From Malacoraja senta (taxonomy: Eukaryota): a DNA stretch of 64,000 nucleotides. The position numbers and the translations under genes are program-made. Positions 35,304-49,065 of the stretch are shown here, piece after piece; the first letter of the stretch is position 1; each line of letters opens with the position of its first letter. Location of the stretch: positions 1 to 64,000 of the forward strand of contig JAXLNO010000977.1 of the NCBI GenBank assembly GCA_038087875.1, written 5' to 3'. The notes under the pieces were generated by a model. That model was not told the origin of the DNA. It made no database searches and worked only from the letters and a program-made list of their open reading frames with translations.

Positions 35304-35850
35304 AACAGTACAGCACGAGAACAGGCCCTTCGGCCCACAATGATTGTGCCAAACATGATGCCAAGACCATCTCTTATCTACCCTGCACATATCCATATTC
35401 CTCCATATCTTATCTGCCTCAACCACCATCCCCGGTATCACCCCTTTATCTAGGTAATCTTCTGGTAAACCTTTTCTGCACACTTTCATAAACCCCCCCA
35501 GAGCCTTCCTGTAAATAGGGCGACCAGAACTGCATGCAACACTCCAAATGCGGCCTAACCAAAGTTGTGTCAAGCTGCATCATGACGTCCTGACTCTTGT
35601 ACTCAATGGCCAGACCTTTGAAAACAAGCATACAATATGCCTTCTTTACCACTCTACCTAGGTGTTGCCACTTTCAGAGAGATATCGACTTGGACCCCCA
35701 AGATCTCGTATCAATGATGTTAAGGGTCATGCTCTTTTCCCTTTGCATTTAATTTCCCGAAGTGCAGCACCTCACACTTGCTCGGATTAAACTCTGCCAT
35801 TTCTCCACTCTATATCCCGCTGAATAGTTTGACAGTCTTTCTCACAAATG
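35304..35850 (-). mobile_element. CR1 LINE fragment (RT C-terminus and tail, internally deleted)
   Basis: ORF VKKAYCML..IEYKSQDVMMQL..TLVRPHLECCMQFWSP, matching CR1 LVRPHLEYCVQFWSP. Confidence 0.88.
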
Positions 35851-36083
35851 TTTGAACATGAGATGTAAGGATATTTCTCCACCTTGCAATAAAATCCAAT
35901 TGTGAATGTTTGGTTCGGATGTTCTCTCAGGCCTCTGCCAGAGGGTTACTCTGAGATCTGCACGAGAGACATTCAGGTTAATTTTCTCATCAAATTTGAA
36001 GATTGGGAGACAACAAGAGCTGAATGTTAATTACTGTGTTAATTACAGGTCAGTAAGGGATTTAATCTAACGATTGAACTTAA

Positions 36084-36290
36084 GGACACAGAGTGCTGGA
36101 TAACTTGACGGGTGAATCAGCATCTCTGGAGAACCTGGGTCGGTTACATTTCGGGTTGGGATCGTTCTTCAGACGACACCTAAAACATCCCCTATCCATG
36201 TTGTCCAGGGATGCTGTCTGACCTGCTGAGTTACTTCAGCACTTTGTGTCTTTTTGTGTAAACCAGCACCTGCAGTTCCTTGTTTCTACA
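36084..36290. mobile_element. Fold-back Penelope-terminus unit
   Basis: ggacacagagtgctgga...ttcttcagac inverted against ...gatgctgtctgacctgctgagttacttcagcactttgtgtc. Confidence 0.8.
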
Positions 36291-38099
36291 CAACATGAAA
36301 ATGATCGGTAAAAAACAGGCATTTTCTGTTGATTATTCTCTCTGACTTGGAAACCAGAAGTAGGGTAACATATATCCCACTGCTATAATTAAAATCAGGT
36401 TGTTTTAAAATATTAATGACTGGAGTTTTTGATGGAAACATTTTTTTAATGTTTCAGTGCATATAGATGAGTCATTGAGCAAATATTCATTGAAAATATA
36501 GACAGGCTAGCATGACTTGTCTAGAGCACATTTCAGAATGAAACAGATGTGCAGGTTTTTTTTACCCTTTACGGAACAGCGCTAACAGATTTGTTAAATT
36601 AAGCCAACAGAATAGTTTCCTTTCCCATGAGGACATCTTGGAAGCCCGTACCAGTTACTGCAAGGTTGGGTGGTTTAACCATTCAGATTGTACAGAGGAA
36701 TTTAGGAGTTGATATAATAATCTCTAATAAAAGTAAAAATGACCCAGTTAAGATTTGACAGATAAAGCAGGTGATCTAAGCTAAGAAACGCAAGACATTG
36801 AACAGCTGAGCTATCAAGCACATTTACTCTGTTTGCTTGAATTCCTGGGAGATCAATAAGGGACTGTGTAAACCGATGATTTAAAATTGTTCTTAAACCT
36901 GTAAAGAATTTCCTTACGGTGTACTGAAGTTGAGTCGAACAATCATTTTATTTCATAATGTGCTTCTCTCTACATGGCTGAAAGCAATGATTGCATTACT
37001 ACGCTCTGTCACCACCTAAGACTTAGCACCTCCTCCCCAGCTTGTCAGTTTGACTTGCTGCAGTACCAGACACATGAATCTGCCTGTAATGTTCAAAGCC
37101 TTGCCAGTTTTAACGTGGGAGAAGATGGACAAAAATGATGATCTGGCAGAAGAACTGGAGCATGCATAGATAGTACTAGTTTATCTGAATGTTTAATTAA
37201 TCTTTTAAAAATGTTGAACCAGTAACCAAGTTCTGTGAGAGGAAGCTGGGAGTCCTGTGCTACAGTGCACTGAAATCTCTCGTAGTGTGTGACGGGTTTT
37301 ACTGATTCTTGGCCCAGCTGCAAGGGGTGTGGTATCCTCTTTCAGAGAACATAAGCACTTCCTCTGTTCCACCCACTTGGAGCAATAAGTCTGCAGCAGA
37401 GTCTGAAATCTCAGGAAAATAAATAATTTTCATTCCAACCAAAAGAAGAAATGTGTACTTTTTAATGCCTTTGTTAGAAATTAGTAAAAGAGGTGGGATA
37501 GGTGGAAGCAACACAATGCAACAGAAAATGGCGTTTGGGCCAGAAATCCCGACTTCTCCCCATCAATTGAAAACAAAGCCTCTACTGACCATTTTCCATT
37601 GGGGCTCGCTGATTGCCAAGACATTTTGTTGTTTTTAAAATGGCCTGACTTTCAGATAACGTTGACAGCCAAAGTTCATGAGCAGTGATTCGAGCACAAT
37701 GTTGAATTCTATTTCCCAGCATGACATAATGTTGGCAAACTCTTGTTCAGAATCAAATATATAGTTGAGGGAGTCTCAGTCTGTTTTGTTCTTGGTATTT
37801 GGTTGATTGTAATTTGTCTTTCGAGATCCCTTTAATCCCAGGTTTTGTCCATGCTGGTCAATCTTTGATTGGTTTCTGCTGCCAAACACAGTGCTGTTCC
37901 AATCAATTGCTTAATCTCACATTAGTCCCCAACAGGAGCTTCCTCTAAGGGCAGATGAGATATTTGCTGACACTTGGAAGAAATTGTGTAATGGTATATT
38001 TTGTTTTATTTATTGAATTTCATAACTAGGCTACTTGGACAAAGCATTACACTTGCTTATACATATTAGTATGTTTATTTCCAGATGAGCCTAAGACTT

Positions 38100-38262
38100 G
38101 GTCATCTGTTGCTGGCTCTGATTTGTTCTGGCCTTTTCCTTTCTCCAGTTCCCTCCCCTCTGCTTTCAGTCTGAACAAGGGTTCAGACACAAAACGTCAA
38201 CCATCCTTTTTGTCTAGTTGCTGCATGATCTGCTGAGTTACTCCAGCACTTTGTGTCCATCT
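38100..38262 (+). mobile_element. Penelope-terminus copy, degenerate
   Basis: tcagtctgaacaagggttcagacacaaaacgtc...gctgagttactccagcactttgtgtc. Confidence 0.7.
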
Positions 38263-38518
38263 TGAGCCCTAGACAATGTAGATGGATGAAGACTATGACA
38301 TACAACACCCTCTCCCCCAATTGCGTTATAATACAATATGATTTTGTTTGTTCATTAACCTGCCTATCCCATCCAAGAACTAAGCTGTTGCTGTATTGTC
38401 AGGCAGACTGGTAGTTTTGTTATCATTTACATTAACGTAACGTATCTTCTCATTCTCCACAATGTACTCGACGTATTGTCAATACCTTTGTGTAGGAAAC
38501 AACTAATAACTCAAACTA

Positions 38519-39206
38519 AGGTACACAAAAATGCTGGAGAAACTCAGCGGGTGCAGCAGCATCTATGGAGCGAAGGAAATAGGTAACGTTTCGGGCCGAA
38601 ACCCTTCTTCAGACTGATAGGGGGTGGGGAGAAGAAAGGAAAAAAGGAAAAGGAGGAGGAGGAGCCCGAGGGCTGGGGGAGGGGAGGAGACAACCAGATG
38701 GCTGATGAAGGGGAGGGGACAGCCAGGGCCAGCAGAATTGGGAGAATTCAACGTTCAGGCCACCAGGATGTAGACTGCCCAAGCGGAATATGAGGTGCAT
38801 TTCCTCCAATTTACGGTGTTGCTCGCTGTGGCCATGGAGGAGACCCAGGACAGAGAGGTCAGATACGGAATGGGAGGGGGAGTTGAAGTGCTGAGCCACC
38901 GGGAGTTCAGGTTGGTTATTGCGGACCGACCGGAGGTGTTCGGCGAAACGATCGCCAAGCCTCCGCTTGGTCTCACCGATGTAGATCAGCTGGCATCTAG
39001 AGCAGCGAATGCAATAGATGAGGTTGGAGGAGATGCAGGTGAACCTCTGTCGCACCTGGAACGACTGCTTGGGTCCTGGAATGGAGTGGAGGGGGGAAGT
39101 GAAGGGACAAGTGTTGCATCTCTTGCGGTTGCAAGGGAAAGTACCAGGGGAGGGGGTGGTATGGGAGGGAAGGGAAGAAAGGGGGTGGTATGGGAGGGAA
39201 GGGAAG
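38519..39206 (-). mobile_element. 5'-truncated Penelope-like element (GIY-YIG domain), second subfamily
   Basis: ORF RQRFTCISSNLIYCIRCSRCQLIYIGETKRRLGDRFAEH..KLEEMHLIFRLGSLHPGGLN; 14-bp TSD aataactcaaacta (38505-38518, 39207-39220); intact CTGAAGA..GAAACGTT core at 38581-38617. Confidence 0.93.
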
Positions 39207-40235
39207 AATAACTCAAACTATCTCTCCAAACATAATACGCCTCTACTCAGATAAATAATTTCAACTAGAACACTGATAGCAAATGCCACCATTGCTTAAG
39301 TTCTTAATGCATGTACAAGTTATCATGCACAAACAGATTAAAATATTAAACCTGTATGATTGTACGTATACACCCAGCTGATAGATGAAAAAGTGTGCAC
39401 GCAATAAGTCAGGGGCTGTCAGCCCTAGATGGAATGAATGCATTTTCTGCTGGTATTTGTACAATACAAATAAAGATTTGTTATAATGCCATTAATGTAG
39501 ACTTTTTGGGGAATGGACATTCAGAGATTTAATTTGACCAAAGTATTTCCACTGCCAATACACAAATTTATGCTTTTCATATTTCCTAATCATGAAAATA
39601 AAAAACATGGTATTTAAATTATGATGTACATTTAACTTTCTGAATTTAAACTCTGGCTGACTGAATTTTCTCCATTTTAGTATTGAAAGTTTTAGGACAT
39701 ATCAACATGGAGAATGTTCAGGAATAGGATCCCAGCACATTATCCGGCTCGTTAAACTTGGTGATGTGACAGTGACTCTCAAGGAGTGGATTTAGGTCCA
39801 TGGTCACCAAATAGTAATGAAAATGTGCTCATCTGCATTTACAGTGGGATTGAAAACTCACCCATATTTGCATGGGAGAATGTATTATCTCATGCCTGAG
39901 TCAAGATCATAATTGCTGGCTTGGATTAAGAGGCTTCAAATGGGAAGCCCTGTTACAACAGTTTAAGCAGTACATCCAGCATGAAGAGAATTTGGAAACT
40001 GTCAAACATGATCATGCCTGTCTGGCTCTATATTTAAACCGCTTGAAAACCCTCCCTGGAACCTCCACTTTAACTGAATGAGATAGGCACTATTTGAAAG
40101 TATGGTGATGCTGGTTTGGTGAGTTTTCAGGTCACTGTACTTGGCCAAAACTTTAACAACCAAATTAAAGCCACCTGTACAAGGGGAGACTCATCTGCCT
40201 GGAACAGACCATGGCTTTGTATCTACTGTATGTAT

Positions 40236-40500
40236 GTTTAGTTTAGTTTACAGATACAGCATGGAAACAGGCCATTCGGCACACAGAATCCGCACCGACC
40301 AGCAATCACCTTCACAGTAATTCTATCCTACACACTATTGACAATTTTCTGGAAGCCAATTCACTTTACAAACCTACACGTCTTTGGAGTGTGGGTGGAA
40401 ACCAGAGCACTCGAAGTAAACCCACGTAATCACTGGGAGAACTTACAAACACTGCACAGTCAGGATCGAACCCAGGTTTCTGGCGCTGTAAGGCAGCAAC
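40236..40500 (-). mobile_element. HE1-type SINE
   Basis: Collinear with the other copies; (ctaaa)n tail. Confidence 0.88.
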
Positions 40501-40744
40501 ATATCTATGTGAAATGCAGATGCTTTCTAAATTATATTGGCAGTGGAAATTTCTTTTTTCTGTTGGTTGCTTTGTGGAAAACTCTTCTGATGTCTCGTAA
40601 TTTGAAAATAATCCAGTAACCATAGTTTTGAGAAATCGAAATAGTCCTGATGCTCAAATGAATTGTACTGTGCACGACCATTTAGTTGAATTTAATCTCT
40701 CTTTATTTCCATTTGATTTGGCAAACTAAATGTAAGGAAATGCA

Positions 40745-40950
40745 CAGATATAATCCATCAAGAACGCTGGAGGGAATTTAATTACACCACCCGTTTCAGA
40801 CTTTTTTCATGTAAGTTAATAGGCGTCTGACCCCAGCCTGCTAATTGTAATATCACCCGCAGTGACTGTAATTCTGACAGCGTTACGCATAAATTCACTT
40901 TGGTTGAATTAACTGAGGGATGCACTAGATCTGACAAGTCAGTTTAAAAA
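40745..40950. promoter_or_regulatory. Candidate conserved enhancer-like element
   Basis: Unique sequence with retained CpGs, several TAAT sites and TGACAG/TGACA (Meis-like). Conservation not tested. Confidence 0.3.
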
Positions 40951-43579
40951 ATGCTTCCAAAAGGAACTATGAGAGACCTGCAGCCAAATAAAATGGTACA
41001 TTCATATATTTTAATATTACTTGTGTCAGTTGCTTGTTTAAAAAAAAATAAAGGTCACCTATATCATTTTCATTTTTGAAGCTGTATTTTTCCATTGGAG
41101 CTGCAGCTGTAGTTTTTTTTAAATCAAATCGGGCTAAGGTTGGGGTGATCAAAGATTCTCTAGTAAGGTATGTCAGTCTCAGCACGGCAGCTAAAACGTA
41201 CTAACTGAAGAAAGTTGTAGGAAGGCGAGTGTGAAAATATATTTTTAAAATAAATCCCAAATGCAATGCCATGTATTGTAATGCAATGCCAGTCCTTCAC
41301 ATTACTGCTGTGAATTCTATGCAGGCAGGACATTGCACAATTTCAGTCTTATTTTGAGAACAAATTAACAATTTTCCTGTTTGTTGCGGAGTCATTTAAC
41401 AGTAGTCTGGGAATAAATTCCTTCACAAACAAGTTAGGGTCCGGTTGTAGTCATGGTCTGGGGTGTGTTTGTTACTGCCTGTGTTAAGCTGTGTGTGCCT
41501 GTGCCTGTGCCATAGCAAAAACATTCCGTGGTAATCATTGATATTGAAGGCACCACCTTAAGCTGGCATGCCAGAAATAATTCCAATGGAAGGCACATTA
41601 AGATGGTTGGCTCTGATAAGACCCGACAGAAATGCAGGATTTATTTTGCAACAGAAACACTTTCATGAAATTTTTATTTAATAGAAGAATTAGTGGAAGA
41701 CTCTTAGACATCTATAATGTATTGGGAAGACAAGCTAACGATCTTTGAAATATAGAGTAGTCAGCACAGGCTGACCAAAACAAGAGTCTATGTCTATGTG
41801 AAGCTGCTTCTGGGAAGTGAAAACGCTGGTGGCTGTCGATCCTTCCATTCACTGACGCACTCACTGCCCTTGAAAGTACTGACAATGTACTTAGTGCTGC
41901 AGAACATTCTTAACAATGTTTTACACACCCAACAATTAAACTGTGGTTTGGATTCTTTCACAAGGTGTCCCTGGATTTTATATAGAATGTTCTGTAAAAT
42001 GTAATTCAACCTTGCTGCGTATGTCATTTTTTTGTTCTCTGACCAGTTCTCTGTTCCCTGCTGGCTTTTTATTTCTCCCTACCATGGCCAAAGCAAGTAT
42101 TTTTTTGTCGGAGCATGGAACTACGTGCCTTCTGTACTTCACTCATCATTCCATCAGTGAATGTTGTCAATGAATAAACTGGTTGTTCCATCACACAGAT
42201 CTCTGAAATGTCATTGCTAGATGTCCAAGGGCACTTGCGGCATTGTTCGCTGAACAATGTGTTTAGAAGTATGACACTCCCGCTAGGACAGGAGACTTGC
42301 TTTGATATGGCATCTTGATCAGACTGGAAGAGTATGGCTGAAGGGCCTGTTTCCATGCTTACTCACCTCGACCTTGCATTTGTTTTCCAAGCTTCAGCCA
42401 GAATCTGCTGCTGGCCTCTATCTTCCATCCACTAGAAGGTTAGGAAGAAGCAACGTTGAATATGAAACTGAGTAGCAAGTCCTTGAATTCCATCCTGGCA
42501 GGTAGCTGCTGACTCCTGAACTTGCTACGGTGAAGCGTGACAATCCAACTTGCACCCAGTGCACCCTGACAGTGCTGCTAGATCAGGTCAGGTGTCCAGT
42601 GTGACAAAGCACTTGCATTTGGATTGGGTTTGGTTCTTCCCCAGCTCAGCACCATGCATTAAATTTAGGGCTAACCCTGACCCTAACGCCTCCAGATTAG
42701 AGTGCAACAATCATGATGATGGTCGGGACAATTCTGGATCAGGTCTTGGGCAGATCTCATATATGAAGTTTACAATGGGATCGATGTTTCAGGTGCATTT
42801 ATCCTGTTGTTCTGCTATCTTAATTTCCTGTTGGTGCAGATGTGCTCTGCTGTCTATACTGTGCTCTGGTTTCTCAGTGGTAGCAGGGGTCTAGATACAA
42901 GCCCACTCTACATTGTCAACAATTCTATCCCAGGATGGATAGGGTTTTACGCAGGAACTCCTGGGGAAAGAATACACACCTTGGGCTCAGATTTCACCCT
43001 CAGCCATATCTGCAATCAAACCATAATTAATATAAGGGTATTGTTAAATCTCACCAATTCATATTAGTGGATTGATAATAACAGGAAATTGTTGGAGATA
43101 CTCTGCAGGTCAAGCAGCAACTATTGAAAGGGAAGCAGAATTGGAGTTTCAGGTCCACAGATGTGTCCTGCTGAATATTTTCTGAAGTTTTTCCAGACTT
43201 TCGGTATTTGCAGTTCTTTGATCTTTGTTTTACTTTGGTTTGTTACTTTATCACGCATGGAGCCAGTGTAAGAATGACTGTGCGTCTGTGAATGTGGGTC
43301 AGGACGCTGTAGTATGCCTCATCTCCAGGGACAAATGGGTCGGTGTGTCTGTGGGCTACTAATTTAGAGGCAGATAATTAATTTTATTAGCTGGATGCAG
43401 GAAAGTGCAGTAGGAAATTGTGCTGGGAATTTCAGGGCACCTTTAGTTGGTAGATAGTCCTGAGAGGACACATCAGTCAGTTCAGTGAACGCCCATCTTC
43501 TGGGTTTATACCAATTTAATTATTGTGTCATAGAGTCATCAAGTCATACAGCATGGAACAAGGCCCTTCACCCCTATTC

Positions 43580-43740
43580 TTAAGACTGCGTCCGAGCTTT
43601 CAAGCTCCTGCATCAGGATGACAGGCATCCTCGACGATACTTCTGGGCTGTATTCACCACTCTCTGCAGGTTCAGATGGTCAAGAGCAGAGCAGTTGCCA
43701 CACCATGCACCCTGTCAGGGTACTATCCGTGGTATCTGGG
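43580..43740 (-). mobile_element. Rex1/Babar RT fragment
   Basis: Minus strand resembles the ..VESILTG...WYGNC....LQRVVNTAQ segment of 5555-6349. Confidence 0.55.
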
Positions 43741-44339
43741 ATCCAAAATTATGGAGGTTTGCTTGAAACAGCGGGAATAGTAGATTCAGAGGTTTAAAGC
43801 CCTTGCTGGATGACAAATGGCCTTCAGGAAGGATATCCTATTTCATGCTGAAGGAGAATGGACTCCCCACATGGGCTAGAAATTGCTCCAGAATATATGC
43901 ATTCAGTTCAAGTGGAGATGGGAAAATGCAAAAGAATTGCACTATCAGAAATCTAATGCTGCGCTGCAAATAACATTGTTTTAGGTTAGAGCTCCCTGAT
44001 GATGTGTTGCAAGTTCTTGCAATTCTTAGCATGTTACTCAATAGGTTGGGGTTGCAGCCAGCTCTGAAAGGGACCAACCGCCATGCTAGTTAGGAGGGAG
44101 GGTTGCTACAGAATTAAGGGAGGGTAGTAGGAGAGTGTTCCTTGTAGGGTGCTGAAGTAAATGGCCTGCATTGTGAGGAGGTGCTGGCTGAAGTCTACCA
44201 GGTTAAGACAACTTCAACAGCTGAACCCTACCTTTTTGTGCTGACAAATGTCTTGTTGCAGTGGCCAGATACTACACTCAAGGCAACTCGGGTTGTCCAG
44301 GTCCTAGATGTAAAGAGGCTGATTCCTCAGGACTTGGAT

Positions 44340-44600
44340 GGCACATCGGTAGAGTTATTGTCTTACAGCGCCAGAGACCTAGGTTTGATCCTGACTATGG
44401 GTGCGGTCTGTATGGAGTTTGTATGTTCTCCCTGTGTCTGCATGGGCTTCTTCGGGTTTGTAGGTTAATTGTCTTCGGTAAAATGGTAAATTATCCCAAG
44501 TGTGTAGGATAGTGCTAGTGTACGGGGCGATCGCTTGTCGGCATGGACTCGGTTGGCCGAAAGGCCTGTTTCCATACTGTATCCTAAAGTCTAAAGTAAA
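44340..44600 (+). mobile_element. HE1-type SINE with internal deletion
   Basis: Head and tail present, V-domain partly deleted, (ctaaagt)n tail. Confidence 0.88.
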
Positions 44601-46461
44601 AGACTTGGGAATGGTGTCAGGACTGATTTCACGAGAAATTTCCTAAAGGGTTGTCAATTTATTAAGTTATCTACCGCGGAGATCTGTGAATGCTCAGTTA
44701 TCGACATTGTTGAAGGCAAACCTGATAGATTTTTGGGCACCAATAGAGTCGGGTATAAGGGCCTGTGGGAGTGGACTTGAAGTAGAGGATCCATTCTGCT
44801 ACTGGATGGTATCTTTCAAGATGTCTTTCAAGAGAGAAAATAAAATATTGTGACGCTCAAAGAGAATTGGGTGTGTTGAATTAACTTCTAATCAGTGCTA
44901 CTTCTAGATCACTCTGTGTAACTCTTTTGCATCCAACTCGCTAATGACTGGTGTCAGCTAACAGTGACTTTTTAAAATTTAAAATATGCTTCATTATCTC
45001 AATAATGAGCTTCATTACTATTGAATCGATACAATATGTGTCAGTCTGCCAATAGGAGTGAAATCACTTTTTTTTTTAAAGCCTCAGGTGTCTCCCCTTA
45101 CTCTTACTCCCCTGCCTTTGCACCATCACCAATGACCGAAGGAAAAAAGTGAGAGTGAAAACAGTCAAATTACTGTAGTACCCACCCTTCATAAGGTGTT
45201 GATGCGTCTTCAACAGTGGGTGCTGCAGAACATAAACTCAAATGCACTTCCAAGTGTGCAGGTTAAGATTCCTATTACAATGCGGCACTGACTGATGTTT
45301 AACTTCGCCAACCGAATATGTCATCAGTCTCCCAAAGTGTTGCACCACACACAACTGTAATTCACTGAGGGGGGGGTTCCTTCCTTCTGTCATCACTCCA
45401 GTTGTGTGGATGAACAGTTATATCAAATGATTGAAACTATTTTTAACAAGTTATGAACACAGAAGCAGATTTGCAAAATGAAACACTCCTTTCTTTTCCC
45501 CCAAAAGAAAACAGAATGTTTGTTTTTTTCAATATCTTAATTTCTTTAACATGAGAGCAAATAGGTGCAGACAAAACTAATTTTAAATCCTTAATTGGAC
45601 ACTATTAATAGTGGGTCTGTGCAGACATGACATGTGAATGTTCAGTCATCCTGCAGTGCGTTCCATACACCCCAGGCAATGAATCAGTCACTTCCCATAG
45701 AAAAGACAATCTGTCTTCTCATGTCTCCTCCCACCTTTCTCTTTTTTTGCCACTGCTACTTACAGACAGGGAAATCATTTTTCCTGATGAGACGCAGCAA
45801 TCTGCTTGGATAGTAGGCTAATGCTGTATACAGCTGGTGCTGTCTTGTCAAATAAAATTAACTCCAGTCTGCATCGAGGTCTGTGGAAAATTCCCCCCCC
45901 CCCCCCCCCCGCCTTTTTTTAATCCCTGTTCCCATGATTTTTCCAGGCTCCTTGTAGAATGCAGTTTTATTGGTGTAGATATTCATTATTTATACATAGT
46001 CCTGGGCGAAATGGAGTCAGGCGATTGATCCTGGGGGCATCACATCTTCTCCCTGCCGTTAACACACGCACGGACCAGTGTACCCAACAGTGGATGCTGT
46101 TGGAGGGGTTCAGTTGCGTAATATGGCAAGGAATGATTTACCATCAGCTTTTATCAAGAATATAACCTAGAAATCAGTACACAGAGTCCGTGTTTTTCAG
46201 AGACTATTTAGAGTGACAATTTTCAGCATCAGTTTAGCATCTAACTGGTGTGGGCCATACTGGAGGTGTTTTGGGGGTGAAATCTCAATAGATGCAGGAT
46301 TACAGTGGACCCAAGTCCTTGCGCTAACTGGTGTTTTTCTGACATTATTGGCCAATACCCATTTCTGCTTAAACCGACACAAGCTGGAGCAGAAAGCTCC
46401 ATGTTACATCTGCTGCACAAAGGTCTCAGAAGAACAAGGAGCACGCTGTTGCATTTAAAGG

Positions 46462-46612
46462 GGCACAAAATGCTGGAGTAACTAAGCGGGTCAGGCAGCA
46501 TCTCTGGAGAAAAGATTCTTTTTTTCCAGAGATGATGCCTGACCCGCTGAGTTACTCTAGCTTTTGTGTCTATCTTCGGTGTAAACCAACATCTGCAGTT
46601 CCTTCCTACACT
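46462..46612. mobile_element. Fold-back Penelope-terminus unit with collapsed centre
   Basis: cacaaaatgctggagtaactaagcgggtcaggcagcatctctggaga | ttccagagatgatgcctgacccgctgagttactctagcttttgtg. Confidence 0.85.
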
Positions 46613-47304
46613 TTCCTGACGCTGGGAGACCAGACTGGACTGTGTCAGCAGTGCCTGTACACTACATAAACTTGGCAGATGTGATGCAATTTGCTTTGTA
46701 ACATTCAACATCAGTTTTGTCTTCCCTGCAGGGTTGGACTATTGAATGGTGCAAATACTGCCTTCACTTAGTGAGGTGGATTAATCCAATTCATGTTGTA
46801 TTAGTAAATGCGATGTTTAGAAAATAAAAGAGTGTATGGTCTCATGCGACATTCTATGAAATGCAGTGATGCAAGCGAAAAAATAAATAAAAGGCACTCT
46901 GGCAGGAGTTACCCCATTTTACAGATTATCGTTTTGGAAAATAAGTTACAATTCATAAAATGCTGCAAATAAAATACAGATTTGTTCTCTCTGAGGTAGA
47001 TTATGCTATACCATAAGTGGCACAAGTGAGTGGATTGATTTTGTCAACTGAATATTGGTGTAGTGTCCATAACCTGTTCCTATTAATTTGTGCCAAAACT
47101 TTCTAACATGTCAGAGCCATCACCAACTTTGCTCGACAAATTCTATCATACTGTACTTGAGTAATGTGTCGGTGAGATATTTTTATTCCTTCTGCACCAA
47201 CATTTGGATGGGCTTGTTCAGTTGGTGAAGGGGGTTCCTGTGGAAACTGGGCCTGGCTTACAGCAGCTCCAGTAAACAGTTGGATCACATTGTTTCCTCA
47301 ACCA

Positions 47305-47433
47305 GGGGCGACACAGTGGTGCAGCAGTAGAGTTGCTGCCTTATAGTGCTAGGGACACGGGTTCGATCCTGACCTGGGTGCTGTCTGTATGAAGGTTGTA
47401 CGGTCTCCCTGTGACCGCATGGGTTTTCTCCGG
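47305..47433 (+). mobile_element. HE1-type SINE 5' part
   Basis: ggggcgacacagtggtgcagc A box, ggttcgatcc B box. Confidence 0.85.
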
Positions 47434-48389
47434 CTGGCAAAGTCCCCGTGGAACCAGGTGGCGACTGAAGACTCAGAAGAAAGGGGGGACGGTGCCGTGG
47501 TGCAGCAGGTTGAGTACCTGTTTCTTCGGCTTCAATCTGGGGACTTTATTTCTGTTTCATTTACTAATTTCCCAGCCATTCAACTTGAGGAATCAAATTG
47601 ATTTTGATTGTGTTGGAGGATAATGATCAACCTTGATTTTTATTCTGCGAAACCAGCCAAGACATTATAATTCATGTCAAGAGGCCATGAAAGACACAAG
47701 TTTGTCTGTGTGTTCTGATGAGAAATAAACAGAGAATTAAACCACATGTGCCACATTTCCTGGATGTGCTCAAAGCATTAATAAACTTCAATGGACCTTT
47801 ACTTTTGTTGATCTGTATGTTGTAGCCAAATTGAAGCAATTCGAAGGGGATTATTCTGTATTTGCTGATCACGTTATGTTCCGTACAATGGTCACCAGGT
47901 TACATGTTCATGGGTCTCGACAAGATCCCCTTCAATGTCACTCAAGTTCCAACAGATTTGTTTTTAAGTTTTCTTTCAACCTTTTCCCCTTCCTGTTGGC
48001 TGAGTCCACAGGAGAGTGGGAGGTGAAATTGATTTCCTGGTTGGTGTTCTATTTAGCTTTCTCCACAAGCATTTGAATTCTTTGATGTGAGCTACAGTAA
48101 GTTTGGTTAACCCTTCTATGAGTGTAATGACCATGTTTCTCTAAAAACAAAGCAAGGGAAATTCATGTAGAGCTTTTTAACTTGTAATTCATTAATAGGT
48201 TGAGGTAATGGTGGCAAGAGATGGCGGGTGGGGTGTTTAGGATGTTGAAAGGGTGCTGATAAGGCAGGCTGCTTTATCCTATCACTCACAGGATCTGTCT
48301 GGATAATCTTGTACATTGTATGCCAACACAATCTCTTGTGTCACGCTTCTTTGGTGTCTGTGAAGTTGCGCTTACGTACGCAAGTAGAG

Positions 48390-48780
48390 AGTATTTCTTC
48401 ATACTTCTCACTGTGCCTTGCAGATGGTGGAAAGGCTCTGAGGAGTCGGGAGGTAAGTCATGCAAATAAATGGAAGGTTATTGATGAAACAGTTAAAAAT
48501 GGTCGGGCCAAGAATCATGTGCTGTGGCATTCCTACAGGAATGCCCTTTCATTGAAATAATTGACTTCCAGCAACAGTAATCACAACCATCTTGCTTTGT
48601 GGAAGGTTTGGCTCAAAACAGTAGAGGCTTTTTCTCCTTTATTCCCATTGAATTCAGTTTTATCAAAGCTCCTTGATGCTGGACCAGTTTCAATTTTGGC
48701 ATGATGTCATGAACAGTCATTCTCACCTCAAACCTGGAATTCATCTTCCATGTTGCCAGGCCATCAAAACTTCTCGTGGA
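48390..48780 (-). mobile_element. Ancient CR1/L2-group LINE RT fragment
   Basis: Frame LVQHQGALIKLNSMGIKEK resembles RVWHQGAL.KL.SMGI.GK. Confidence 0.55.
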
Positions 48781-48914
48781 GAGGCAAGCCCAATTATGGA
48801 ACATATATATCTTCATCATCACAGCAAGGATATGCGTGTCCCAATGAATGCGGCATTCATTGACCTTGGCCCTCTTGTTTTGATAGCCCATAACAAAATT
48901 TAAGAAACCAAAAA

Positions 48915-49065
48915 TCTATAGGTTTAAGGTGGGAAAGAAGGAGATTTGAGGGAATTTTTTGTTGTTGTACAAAAAGTGGTTGATATCTGGACCTCGCTGC
49001 CAGAGGTGGTGGTGTCAGATACAATCAGTATGTTTAAGAGTCAGTGTTCAGGCATTTGAAAGATG
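48915..49065 (+). mobile_element. CR1 LINE 3' fragment
   Basis: ggtttaaggtg..gatttgaggg..gtggttgatatctgga..gctgccagaggtggtgg. Confidence 0.65.
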
